The notes under the pieces: model-generated
What the model was told of the DNA's origin: nothing
The model's input: the letters and a program-made list of their open reading frames with translations, nothing else
Database searches by the model: none
Assembly: GCA_963737905.1 (NCBI GenBank)
Contig: CAVTUQ010000002.1
Location: 576,001-640,000, forward strand
DNA from: an uncultured delta proteobacterium
GTDB lineage: Bacteria > Desulfobacterota > Binatia > UBA9968
DNA: 64,000 bases
Direction: 5' to 3'
Program-made: the position numbers and the translations under genes
Shown: piece after piece, positions 1-8,566 of the stretch
Numbering within the stretch: the first letter of the stretch is position 1
How the letters are laid out: each line of letters starts with the position of its first letter

Positions 1-759
1 CGCTGGCACGATCGCGCCTCCATCACTAACTTCACTTACAACCACGTCGGCCACTTCGCCGAGTCGAACCACGCCTTTGCGCGGGGCGTTTTTCTGGGCG
101 GACTTGTGCGCCGCTATCCGAATCTCAATTTTGGCTTCATGGAAGGCGGGGTAAGCTGGGCCGTTCAGATGTGCCTCGACTTGATCGAACACTGGGAGAA
201 GCGTCGCCGGGCGGGGCTGCAGTACCCGAGCGCAACCAATGTCGCCGAGATGAAAGAACTTATCGACCGCTATGGCGATCAGAGATTGAAGGCCAACGCC
301 GATTCGATCATGAACCACTTGGATGTATTCCGACCAAATTGCAGTCTCGAAGAGCTCAGCCGGCCGGAACATGTTGTGGACGACTTCGAGGCGGCAGGAA
401 TAAACTCGAAACAGGATGTCCACGACGTCTTCTCCAACAACTTCTACTTTGGCTGCGAGGCGGACGATCGGGCGACGATGTGGGCCTTCGATCCCCGCAT
501 GGGCGTCCGGCTTCGGCCGGTATTCAGCTCCGACTTCACGCATTTCGACGTGCCCGATTTCAAAGAAGTGATTCCCGAAGCGTTTGAGTTGGTGGAGAAG
601 GGCTTTATCACCGAGCAGGATTTCCGGGAGTTCACGTTCACCAACGCCGCCCGTCTGCACACGCGCAACAACCCGGACTTCTTCAAGGGCACCGTCGTCG
701 AGCAAGCCGTGGCCGATGAGCTTGGACTGAAGAAGCCGTTGCCAGCAGCGAAAGCCTAA
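1..759 (+). CDS. Amidohydrolase family protein (Amidohydro_2-like), 5' truncated by window edge
   Basis: Frame 1 is open from base 1 (RWHDRASITNFTYNHVGHFA...). Motifs FPNL-like YPNLNFGFMEGG, FYFGCEADD and FSSDFTHFD. Confidence 0.8.
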   Translation, partial: RWHDRASITNFTYNHVGHFAESNHAFARGVFLGGLVRRYPNLNFGFMEGGVSWAVQMCLDLIEHWEKRRRAGLQYPSATNVAEMKELIDRYGDQRLKANADSIMNHLDVFRPNCSLEELSRPEHVVDDFEAAGINSKQDVHDVFSNNFYFGCEADDRATMWAFDPRMGVRLRPVFSSDFTHFDVPDFKEVIPEAFELVEKGFITEQDFREFTFTNAARLHTRNNPDFFKGTVVEQAVADELGLKKPLPAAKA

Positions 760-817
760 GCGGAGCTATTTGAATTTTCCGGTGGCGTCGGACTTTTCGG
801 AATGGGAACAATGATAC

Positions 818-896
818 CTCCCGCAAAGGCGCAAAGACGCGAAGTTCGGAGAAAACGAAATCTATTTTCTTTGCGTTCTTAGCGTCTTGGCGGGAG
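818..896. repeat. REP-like imperfect palindrome, family A, copy 1
   Basis: CTCCCGCAAAGGCGCAAAGACGCGAAG ... CTTTGCGTTCTTAGCGTCTTGGCGGGAG, between convergent genes. A related copy lies at 50732-50806. Confidence 0.8.
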
Positions 897-994
897 AAAA
901 TTTTCTTGAACTCGTCCTGTCAAGCATCAGGCGGTAGAATCTAAGCGGACGCACCGCGCGCCTCACTGTGATCTCGGACCCCTCACCCCTCGTA

Positions 995-2263
995 TCAGTC
1001 TAACCATCCTGTTCGGCTTTCCTGCTGTCCAGTATCGGGCTGTACTTCGTTGATGCTCCTGTTCGCCGGTCTGATGTGTTGGCACGACCCGCGAGAAAGT
1101 TCTCCTCCGTTGGCAGGTAGCAGGTAGATGTTTTTTGTCGGGTCGCGAAACACGTTCATCGGATCCCGACCACTTTCTATGATCCCTACCTGTTCCTCCA
1201 ACAGGCGGCGGTACAGGATGATCCCCTTGTCCGAACGGCCCAGCGCTTCTGTGGAGCGGTCGGCGATCGGTCCCTGAGTCATCCATGCGGCGATGTCCTG
1301 ACCGCTGTTATTATCCAGGAACTGCCATTGAGGTTGCCCGTTATCAGCCAGTTGCGGCACAGGCACCTCATAAAAGGGGATCTCCTCAGCTTGCTGGCTT
1401 CGTTCGCTTCCGACCTTGCGATAGCAGCGATACCACCAGTGGGCAGTGTGCGTGTCGTCAATCGGAACTCGGATTTGAAATCCGGCGCCGTTTTTCTTGT
1501 CGACCACTCCCTGTCTCAACATGTTAGGGAAGACCACGGGGTGCCCTACTTTCCAGTCGTCATCCTCTTCCGTCTCGCCTTCCAGAATACGCCGCTTCAC
1601 GATCCCGTACTCGAATCGATCAAAGCCGATCTTCGCGTGCTTCTGGTGCGAACGCCGGAGATGTCCGTTTCCCATCCGCTCGACGACGTAATTGTAGAAG
1701 TTCTGATGGAGCCATTCCACGTGCACTGGGTCCAGCGAATTCTCCATGATCTGGAGCCAGTTGCAGGGAACGACTGCATAGCCCACGTCGCGCAGAACAT
1801 CTTCCATGACGTACAAATCCCAGCGCGGCAGCAGCGGTTCGGGCAGCGGACCGAGGTAAGCGAGCAGGAGACCGCCTAGCTCCTGGATAGGGTAGGACTG
1901 GATTTTTACTTTCTGCTTGAAGCGGCCGTCCGGATCTTCGGTATCGTCGTAAGGTTGCTCGATGCAGCGCCCTTGTTTGTCAAACCGCCAACCGTGATAC
2001 GCGCACCTTATCCCGTCCTCCTCCGGGATGCCGTACATCATGGACATCTTCCGATGCGGGCAGTGCGGCTCTACCAGCCCGTAACCTCCGGAGCGATCCT
2101 TGTAAAGCACCAGATCTTCTCCCAGGATTTTTACTTGGAACGTGTTCCGCTCTTTCATTTGGGAGACCGCAGCTACAGGATGCCAGTAGCGGCGAAACAG
2201 CTCCCCCATCGGTGTTCCCGGCCCTACTCGAGTCAACTGCTCGTTTTGTTTCTCGGTCAGCAT
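995..2263 (-). CDS. Rieske non-heme iron oxygenase, phthalate 4,5-dioxygenase/VanA-like; C-terminus probably frameshifted
   Basis: Start MLTEKQNEQLTRVGPGTPMGELFRRYW at 2263 with GAGGGA RBS. Rieske motif CPHR...CAYHGW and mononuclear Fe motif ENSLDPVHVEWLH. The longer ORF-track start runs through repeat and IS DNA. Confidence 0.88.
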   Translation of the reverse strand: MLTEKQNEQLTRVGPGTPMGELFRRYWHPVAAVSQMKERNTFQVKILGEDLVLYKDRSGGYGLVEPHCPHRKMSMMYGIPEEDGIRCAYHGWRFDKQGRCIEQPYDDTEDPDGRFKQKVKIQSYPIQELGGLLLAYLGPLPEPLLPRWDLYVMEDVLRDVGYAVVPCNWLQIMENSLDPVHVEWLHQNFYNYVVERMGNGHLRRSHQKHAKIGFDRFEYGIVKRRILEGETEEDDDWKVGHPVVFPNMLRQGVVDKKNGAGFQIRVPIDDTHTAHWWYRCYRKVGSERSQQAEEIPFYEVPVPQLADNGQPQWQFLDNNSGQDIAAWMTQGPIADRSTEALGRSDKGIILYRRLLEEQVGIIESGRDPMNVFRDPTKNIYLLPANGGELSRGSCQHIRPANRSINEVQPDTGQQESRTGWLD

Positions 2264-2288
2264 GGCTCCCTCGCTATATAACGAAATT

Positions 2289-2459
2289 CCTGGTTCAAGA
2301 CGTTCAATCGCTACGCTCCGTTCAAAGCGTTCAAGCCGTTGGGAAGAATCCGAAATCGATTTGAACGACTTGAACGTTTTGAACGCATTGAACCAGGGTC
2401 GAATATAGATCAGCAGGCCTGCCCGCAACAAGGGTATATCCGGCGTCCGCGCCGGGAGC
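2289..2459. repeat. ~170-bp direct repeat, copy 1 (GTTCAA/TTGAAC 9-bp-period palindrome plus ~60-bp tail)
   Basis: CCTGGTTCAA...TTGAACCAGG palindrome at 2289-2397, then a tail. Closely matches 7188-7214 joined to 8647-8788. Confidence 0.9.
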
Positions 2460-2465
2460 TTCCGG

Positions 2466-2746
2466 CGATGTCGATGTCGAAGACCCGTTTGAGCAGCCTG
2501 GCCCAACTCAGGCGCGCCGGCGCGCCCTGGGCGTGATCGCATGCGGGCACGGTTGCTTGCTCTGGCGGACTGGGGACGATTTCACGACGCAGCTTTGCGT
2601 TCGGCGCGAGCACGCCATGGAAGCTGGATTAGATGTAAGCGCGGGCGGGGCACCAGGGCGGCCAGGCGCTGCATGAATTCCAGCGGCGACATGACGATAT
2701 GGGTGGTGCGGTCTTTGAACGCGCTCTTCAGTTGCAACACGACATC
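2466..2746 (-). mobile_element. IS91/ISCR-type (Y2) transposase C-terminal remnant 1
   Basis: Translates to DVVLQLKSAFKDRTTHIVMSPLEFMQRLAALVPRPRLHLI and HGVLAPNAKLRREIVP...RLSWARLLKRVFDIDI. Confidence 0.85.
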
Positions 2747-2911
2747 GCGTAAAATTATAATTATAGTCCGGGCCATTGACTTAGCATTGACGTCGCTTTT
2801 CGGCCGGAGGGGAAATTTCCCGGCACAGTCTAGTTTATTTGGGTGATCAACCTCGGAGGGTAGAATACGAGCAGCCCTCTGCCCCTGCTCGTGCGTCAAG
2901 CGCCGAAGAAT

Positions 2912-3773
2912 TCAATGGACTGCGGCACGGTCAATCGTCTCTGCAAGTGCCTTACACACCGCCCCCCGACCATAGGCCAGCAAAAATGCTCCGAACTCTA
3001 TGCGGTCAAGTTCAAAGGCAGCCTTTGCGTGGAATACAATGCCTTGAGTTTCGTCGCTGTGCTGCCATTTAGGCTGGCAGCGGTTTATCAGCACATCGAT
3101 AGCGGATTCAAGACTGGCCGAGTGCTTCTCCTCGATTAGTGATAACTACCGATCGTTCCATTCCGAGAAGGTTAGAGAAGGAAATCGCCACGAAACCCGA
3201 AGATGGTTTCTCGGTCAGAAGTTTGAGGGCTCGCCGAATCTGTTTCGTCGCCTGATTGATACGCTTGTTTAAATTTCTGGGCGAAAGGAGTCTCTTGCAG
3301 GCCAACAAGACTGTAGTCTCGCCAATTTTGCAGCGAAGATCAGGTTCCGCCAACTCGACCTGCGCCCGGCCTCGCTGAAGTGCCGCGCCAAGCCACAGTT
3401 CAAACTGAATGTTCCTCGCTTGATTGGATGCTAGGTCTTCTTCTGATGGAAGCTCTGGCCCTGAGAGTATTGCGCTTAACCTGGGAGCAAGTTCCTCCTG
3501 CTGGCAGACGCCAAGAAACGGTAGCATCTCTCTGATTTCGCCACTTTCCCCTAGGGCCACCAAGTAACGCGGGAGATCAGCTTTTAGCTTCGTGTAGATT
3601 GGCGATTTGTCTTCGCCCATTCTTAGGCGATCTATCTCCGCGCTGAGTTGGCTTATAAGCGAGCGGTACACGCCAAACCGACCACCTTCCGCCTTTGCAA
3701 GCAACCCGAACCTTCGACAAAATTCAAAGAACTCGTCGAGACTGAAAAGAATGTCGCCATACGCGGTCATCAT
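2912..3773 (-). CDS. Putative PD-(D/E)xK-fold nuclease-like protein, split by one frameshift near 3118
   Basis: ARNIQFELWLGAAL...AEPDLRCK...LLACKR motif spacing. Removing one base in CTCGGCC joins 3108-3773 to ORF 2912-3094 (..ALASLESAIDVLINRCQPKW..). Confidence 0.5.
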
Positions 3774-3909
3774 TAGCCTTTTGGGGACGCGCCGGACTCT
3801 ACACCTAACGCGCCCGGCGTGTAAATTATAATTATCAAGCGCCGGTAGTCCGGTCATGCGTTCTTTTCTAGGGCGTTGGTTGCGCAAAGCCAAAAAAAAT
3901 CTTGCATTT

Positions 3910-4201
3910 TAATTGTGCGAGCGCGGCGGGGCGCGGGTGGGTAGGCCGAGATGGCTGAGGATTTTGACAATCACCGGCGGATCTTCGATGGCGGCTTATC
4001 AGGCGATGATCTTCAAGCTGCCGCCGCAGTTCGGGCAGTGTTCGATGTCGATGTCGAAGACCCGTTTGAGCAGCCTGGCCCAACTCAGGCGCGCCGGCGC
4101 GCCCTGCGTGTGATCGCATGCGGGCGCGGTTGCTTGCTCTGGCGGACTGGGGACGATTTCACGACGCAGCTTTGCGTTCGGCGCGAGCACGCCATGGAAG
4201 C
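3910..4201 (-). mobile_element. IS91/ISCR-type transposase C-terminal remnant 2
   Basis: FHGVLAPNAKLRREIVP...WARLLKRVFDIDIEHCPNCGGSLKIIA / IEDPPVIVKILSHLGLPTRAPPR. 4043-4201 is near-identical to 2466-2624. Confidence 0.88.
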
Positions 4202-4229
4202 AGGTGAGGAAAATACAATTCAATTAGAG

Positions 4230-4287
4230 GCTTAACGCAAAGCTCAGCCGTCGCTCTGGCGATCGGTCGGAAGCGGGATTGTTAGGC
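4230..4287 (-). other. attC-like integron cassette recombination site (58 bp)
   Basis: Minus strand reads GCCTAAC-AATCCCGCTTCCGACCGATCGCCAGAGCGACGGCTGAGCTTTGC-GTTAAGC: RYYYAAC and GTTRRRY ends with an internal imperfect stem. The stop codon of the upstream gene lies in the RYYYAAC box. Confidence 0.68.
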
Positions 4288-5046
4288 AGAGATTTTCTTA
4301 CCGCAAGAAGGACATATGACTTCAGTTTCACCTCGAAATCGCCGGGATTCTGGTAATAAGAGTTCCTCGTCGCACGCTTCACAAAAAAAGGATTCCATGC
4401 TTTCAAAGCATGCTTCGCATCGCATGTCGACAATACAACTTGCCCCACAATTTTCGCATTGGGGAAGGTACTTGCCTGGGAACTCTTCCGCAAGAAACGC
4501 TTCGACGAACCGATAGTAATCGTCAAATTTTTTGTAGCTGATTGCCTCGACTACATGAGTTTGAATCGATGGATCGGCTTGCAGGATATCCTCCACAGAT
4601 TCTCCCCTTCTGCGGTGGGCAACTCTGGACAGCCCCAATATAGACATTGCCGCAAGCGACAAATCCAGATCTTCCGGCGCTATGCCATGCATAATGCGAT
4701 TTCGGGAGTCGTTTAATCCCCTTAAGAGATCAAGCAACCGTATCTCCGCACCTGTTAGACGGGTTCGATATTTTGGTGTGAGAAGTTCATCAATTGCCGG
4801 TACCAAGCTAGGCCACCAATCTTGTTGCCCCCGCTTAAATATTGCGTTCGTAGGGTCAAACTCCTTTAACAGCATACCGCAAAACGTTTCTGCCGCATGG
4901 TGGACACTTAATACAATCCATTTTGTGTGATGAAATTTCTCACCCTCTCCTAACGAAAGCTCGAGGAAATGCTCCAAAGCATGAAAGATTGAGTCGCGTG
5001 CGTTTTTCCACAGGTCCTCAGTTATTGAGACTACGGTAGCAGGCAT
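4282..5046 (-). CDS. HEPN-domain protein with C-terminal zinc ribbons (putative RNase toxin/defence protein)
   Basis: Helical N-terminus with VHHAAE and Rx4H motif RNRIMH. Four CxxC pairs (CENC, CEAC, CEAC, CPSC). Visibly more AT-rich than the flanking genes. Confidence 0.7.
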   Translation of the reverse strand: MPATVVSITEDLWKNARDSIFHALEHFLELSLGEGEKFHHTKWIVLSVHHAAETFCGMLLKEFDPTNAIFKRGQQDWWPSLVPAIDELLTPKYRTRLTGAEIRLLDLLRGLNDSRNRIMHGIAPEDLDLSLAAMSILGLSRVAHRRRGESVEDILQADPSIQTHVVEAISYKKFDDYYRFVEAFLAEEFPGKYLPQCENCGASCIVDMRCEACFESMESFFCEACDEELLLPESRRFRGETEVICPSCGKKISA

Positions 5047-5327
5047 TGACTTAAACCTTGGGTTCCAGCTAAGTCGCAGCTTATCCGCGGCGGCACGGGG
5101 GCCTTCATGACCCCCCATGTTTGATTTGGATGATCTTCGCAAACCCAGCCCTTTAAGCGGGGGCATTTTGTAGCCTTTTTTGGGTCTGTGTTTTCTCACT
5201 TTTGCCATGCATTGAGTTTAGCAAATAGGGTGTGTTACCTCTATGCCCTAAACTCCCACGGCTGCTTGAGCCTGCCATACTCTTGAAGCAACCGTTCCAG
5301 TTCATCCTTGACTTTCATGTCGTGTGT

Positions 5328-5614
5328 CTAATGGAATTTACGAGCAAGTGCATCCATTCGTACTTCGAGCAGCACGCGGACTGAATCTCGTATGCCAGGG
5401 AAAGTCGCGCGAATTAGCTCCTGTTGATCTTCTAGGTCAAACTCGCCATCGCCGCCTCTACAAAGCGCCATCCGAAACTGTAGAACCAACCACTTCGGCC
5501 AAATGTATGGTTCCAGCAAATCCGCGCGTCACTAACTTCCGGCGTGTTGATGTTTCTTTTCTTCCACTCCAGTGTTGCGCCTTCGAGAATGGCGAGGGCT
5601 TGTAAGGCGGTCAT
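5328..5614 (-). pseudogene. Small hypothetical protein, frameshifted
   Basis: Overlapping ORFs 5432-5614 (MTALQALAILE...) and 5328-5519 (LEPYIWPKWL...) read as one protein across a shift near 5525. The start is coupled to the upstream stop (ATGA). Confidence 0.45.
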
Positions 5615-5805
5615 AGAACCCGCAACGCTCCTTCTTTCATCTGCTCGACCTGCGCTGTGGATTTATCAAACCGTGATTGAAAATCCGCCCCTCCGTGTTC
5701 CCATGCCATTTTGATGGCGGCTCGCATATTGTCCGCCAGGACGATAAACTTTGACGGTCGGCGGTCGTCATGGGTGCGAAAGCTTACGATGTAGACCTTG
5801 GCCAC
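5611..5805 (-). CDS. Small hypothetical protein
   Basis: GTG start (AKVYIVSFRTHDD...). Stop overlaps the next start codon. Confidence 0.45.
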   Translation of the reverse strand: MAKVYIVSFRTHDDRRPSKFIVLADNMRAAIKMAWEHGGADFQSRFDKSTAQVEQMKEGALRVL

Positions 5806-5950
5806 AGCGGGCGCGAAGATAGCGAGAAAACCAGGGGAGAGCACGAGGGTGGGGCTTCGACTGACCCTTGGACAGTCAACGTTTTGTTTTGGCCTCTATT
5901 CTAAACGGGACCATGAACACTTGAAATGCCTAAAAGGGGGTAACAAAGAA

Positions 5951-6337
5951 GTGAGGAGATCGGCTTTCGTGTTGCTCTCCTTGATATCTGCATGCATTAA
6001 TCTTCCGCCAAGCAGGAGCGATACCTATTCGATCGTGATGGCACCACTGAGAAGATTCGAATCTGAGACACCAGTCAATTGTGAATCGAACGATTTGTGG
6101 TATTCGTGGGAGCTATCGAAAGCATTTATGAAACTGGATAATTCACTCGATCACGCACGGTTCACAGCCAGCATGAACTTCGAAATTGCCGACTCGGCGT
6201 TGAAACATGGATGTCTAGACTTCGCCGATAAAGCCTACCGGGAAATCATCGTGATCTACATTGGCACCGCTTACGCTGCATACCGTGACAGAGCTCGCAT
6301 TGGCATTGATGATGTTCGCGCTGCCAGAACCAAATAA
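5951..6337 (+). CDS. Hypothetical lipoprotein
   Basis: GTG start RRSAFVLLSLISAC gives a signal peptide with a lipobox-like LISAC, followed by a helical body. Confidence 0.5.
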   Translation: MRRSAFVLLSLISACINLPPSRSDTYSIVMAPLRRFESETPVNCESNDLWYSWELSKAFMKLDNSLDHARFTASMNFEIADSALKHGCLDFADKAYREIIVIYIGTAYAAYRDRARIGIDDVRAARTK

Positions 6338-6512
6338 AAAATCCGCGCGCGCTCATTGTCTCTCAACAGGAACTTGTTAGTCCAAGAAAGAAAGACTAAA
6401 CAAGAAAGACTGGGATAAGCCCACCGTAGCAAATTCACGCTCATGATCCGGCGCTCGTGGTCTACAGTAGGACTTCGCGGAACTACGAGAATGCTTGCGT
6501 CGTGAGAGGAGC

Positions 6513-6779
6513 TTACGGGTATTTGTCTTTTTCAGATAGGCGGCATTGTCGAGCAAAAATAAGACTTCCCGTTTCTTGTTTCCTGACGGTTTCTTCGTGG
6601 TGATCGTGTCTGCGATCAAAAAGTTGTTCTCTGTAACTCCATTTGCCCGTAGAATGTGTAAAACTCTCGCCACTGGAAAAAATCACCGCAGCTCTCGACT
6701 TTGTCAAAATGGTTCCGAGTTTACCATTTAACCAGTCATGAGACTCGATACTGTCGTCGATTGTGATTTCGAAGATCAT
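6513..6779 (-). CDS. Small hypothetical protein
   Basis: ATG-initiated 88-aa ORF with protein-like composition; no family recognised. Confidence 0.4.
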   Translation of the reverse strand: MIFEITIDDSIESHDWLNGKLGTILTKSRAAVIFSSGESFTHSTGKWSYREQLFDRRHDHHEETVRKQETGSLIFARQCRLSEKDKYP

Positions 6780-7418
6780 GAAAAAGTCCAGTGTTTAAGA
6801 TTCATTTCCGTTGAGAGCATAGCTCCATTTGTTGTGTCATGATCAAGCTGTATAGGAATTTTAAACCACCTTTTTTCTGGCCCGAGCAATATCGCCGGAC
6901 CGGTGGGATGTCAATCGTCTTTTTGTTTGATGAAAATCCCGATGTTGCTTCGGCCCGGCTCGGGCGGCGCAGCGGTCGGAGGCGCGCGAAGTGTTGCGGA
7001 TCACGCCGCTCGCTCGAACTCAGAGCGAGCGGCGCCGTCGGCTCGCGTTGGCAACCGGTTTTCGACTCCTCAGATTATCTGGTTTCTTCGACGCCGCCGC
7101 TCGTAGTGGACTGGGTTGCCAATCGGCGTGCGCTGGAGCGCTGGGCCCATGACCTGCGCTTCGTCACTTCTTGCTTAGGACGTCGATGGTTCAAGACGTT
7201 CAATCGCTACGCTCTGGAGTGAACCCCATTCACTGGACAGTTGGGCGGGCAAAGTTAGAATGCCGCAGCGGTAATTTTTGGCTCAATCGTTTCCTACGGC
7301 TCTTGAGCCGTTTTCCTGCTCTAACTGGTTTTGGATCGTATCTCGGGGAAAAAACGGCCTCCATATTTGCCCTATAACGCACGATCTCGCACCAGCTAGA
7401 CATCCCAGTACCCTTGCT

Positions 7419-8222
7419 TCAGCCCACCGAAGCCAACTCTGCCTGCTCAAACTCCTCTGGAGTGACGTACCCCAGAGCCGAATGCAATCGCTTTTGATTG
7501 TAGACCTCCTGGAGAAAGTAGGGGACTCTGCGCTTGACATCCTCTAGGCTCTGATAATCCCACAGATAGACCTCCTCATATTTTAAGGTCTTCATAAAGC
7601 TCTCTGCGGCTGCGTTATCATAAGGATTGCCCTTGCGCGCCATACTGATACGCATCCCCGCCGCTTGTAACTCCTCCACGTAGGCATGACAAGCATACTG
7701 CACCCCGCGATCCGAATGATGGATACAACCCTCAACCGTCCCTCTTTCCTCCAGCGCCATCCTCAGTCCAGCCAATGCGAGCTCGGCATCGATCTGCTCA
7801 GAGAGCGCCCAGCCAATCACCTTTCGGGAAAACAAATCCAAAATCACCGCCAAATACAAAAAGCCCGTGAGAATTCGAATATAGGTGATATCGGCTACCC
7901 AGACTTGATTTCGCTGCCTTACCTCGAGCCCCTTGAGCAGATTGGGATAGATCCGATAACCGTGATCACTGTCAGTGGTCTTAACCCACCGCCGCTTGAT
8001 CTGACACTGTAGCGATTGCTCGCGCATCACCCGCGCCACCCGCTTGTGGTTGACCTCCCACCCCTCTCGCCTAAGCTGATACGTCACCCGACGGTACCCG
8101 TACCGAGCAAACTCCACCACAATCTGTTCGATCCGATCTCTAAGATCCGCTTCCTCCTTCCTACCTTCCATCGATACCTGCCCACAGCGATAGTAATACG
8201 TGCTGCGCGCTAGCCCCATCAC
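7419..8222 (-). CDS. IS3 OrfB DDE transposase (rve domain)
   Basis: YGYRRV, VWVADITYI, HHSDRGVQY, PYDNAAAESFMKTLKYE, YNQKRLHSALGY. Confidence 0.95.
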   Translation of the reverse strand: MMGLARSTYYYRCGQVSMEGRKEEADLRDRIEQIVVEFARYGYRRVTYQLRREGWEVNHKRVARVMREQSLQCQIKRRWVKTTDSDHGYRIYPNLLKGLEVRQRNQVWVADITYIRILTGFLYLAVILDLFSRKVIGWALSEQIDAELALAGLRMALEERGTVEGCIHHSDRGVQYACHAYVEELQAAGMRISMARKGNPYDNAAAESFMKTLKYEEVYLWDYQSLEDVKRRVPYFLQEVYNQKRLHSALGYVTPEEFEQAELASVG

Positions 8223-8566
8223 TTCGCACCCCCTCTGGAGGTTGCCAAAGTCTTGGCGGTGATCGGTGATGAAAACTCTTTTCTCCGCCGGGCGGTGTAC
8301 TCCACGGCCTTTTTTAAAAGCTCATTCTCCATCGTCAGCCTCCCCACCATCCGCTCCAACTCCGCAATGCGCGCCAAAGACCGCTTCTCATTCCGCCCCG
8401 GCCCTTCCACTAATCCTCCTCCCTCGTAGCGCTTCTTCCAGTACAGGATAAGTCCCGAGCTAACATCGTGCCGACGACTGAGTTGCGCTAAACTACAAAC
8501 TCCGCTCAGCAACTCCCCAATGACTTGCTGCTTGAATGCCGCTGAAAACCTTCTCCGCTCTCTCAT
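8219..8566 (-). CDS. IS3 OrfA (HTH plus leucine zipper)
   Basis: MRERRRFSAAFKQQVI...RIAELERMVGRLTMENELLKKA. A6G slippery site at 8309-8315. Confidence 0.92.
   Translation of the reverse strand: MRERRRFSAAFKQQVIGELLSGVCSLAQLSRRHDVSSGLILYWKKRYEGGGLVEGPGRNEKRSLARIAELERMVGRLTMENELLKKAVEYTARRRKEFSSPITAKTLATSRGGAK

Noticed and set aside
2292-2394. GTTCAA/TTGAAC units as a CRISPR array
   Set aside because: Units are 9 bp apart and form one palindrome, with no unique spacers and no cas genes.
2264-2542. 93-aa N-terminal extension of the Rieske ORF in the ORF track
   Set aside because: It is read-through across an IS91 remnant and the palindromic repeat; a good RBS and family-typical start lie at 2263.
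2466-4201. Composite transposon formed by the two IS91 copies
   Set aside because: Both are short internal fragments without ends, and IS91 elements do not form IR-bounded composites.
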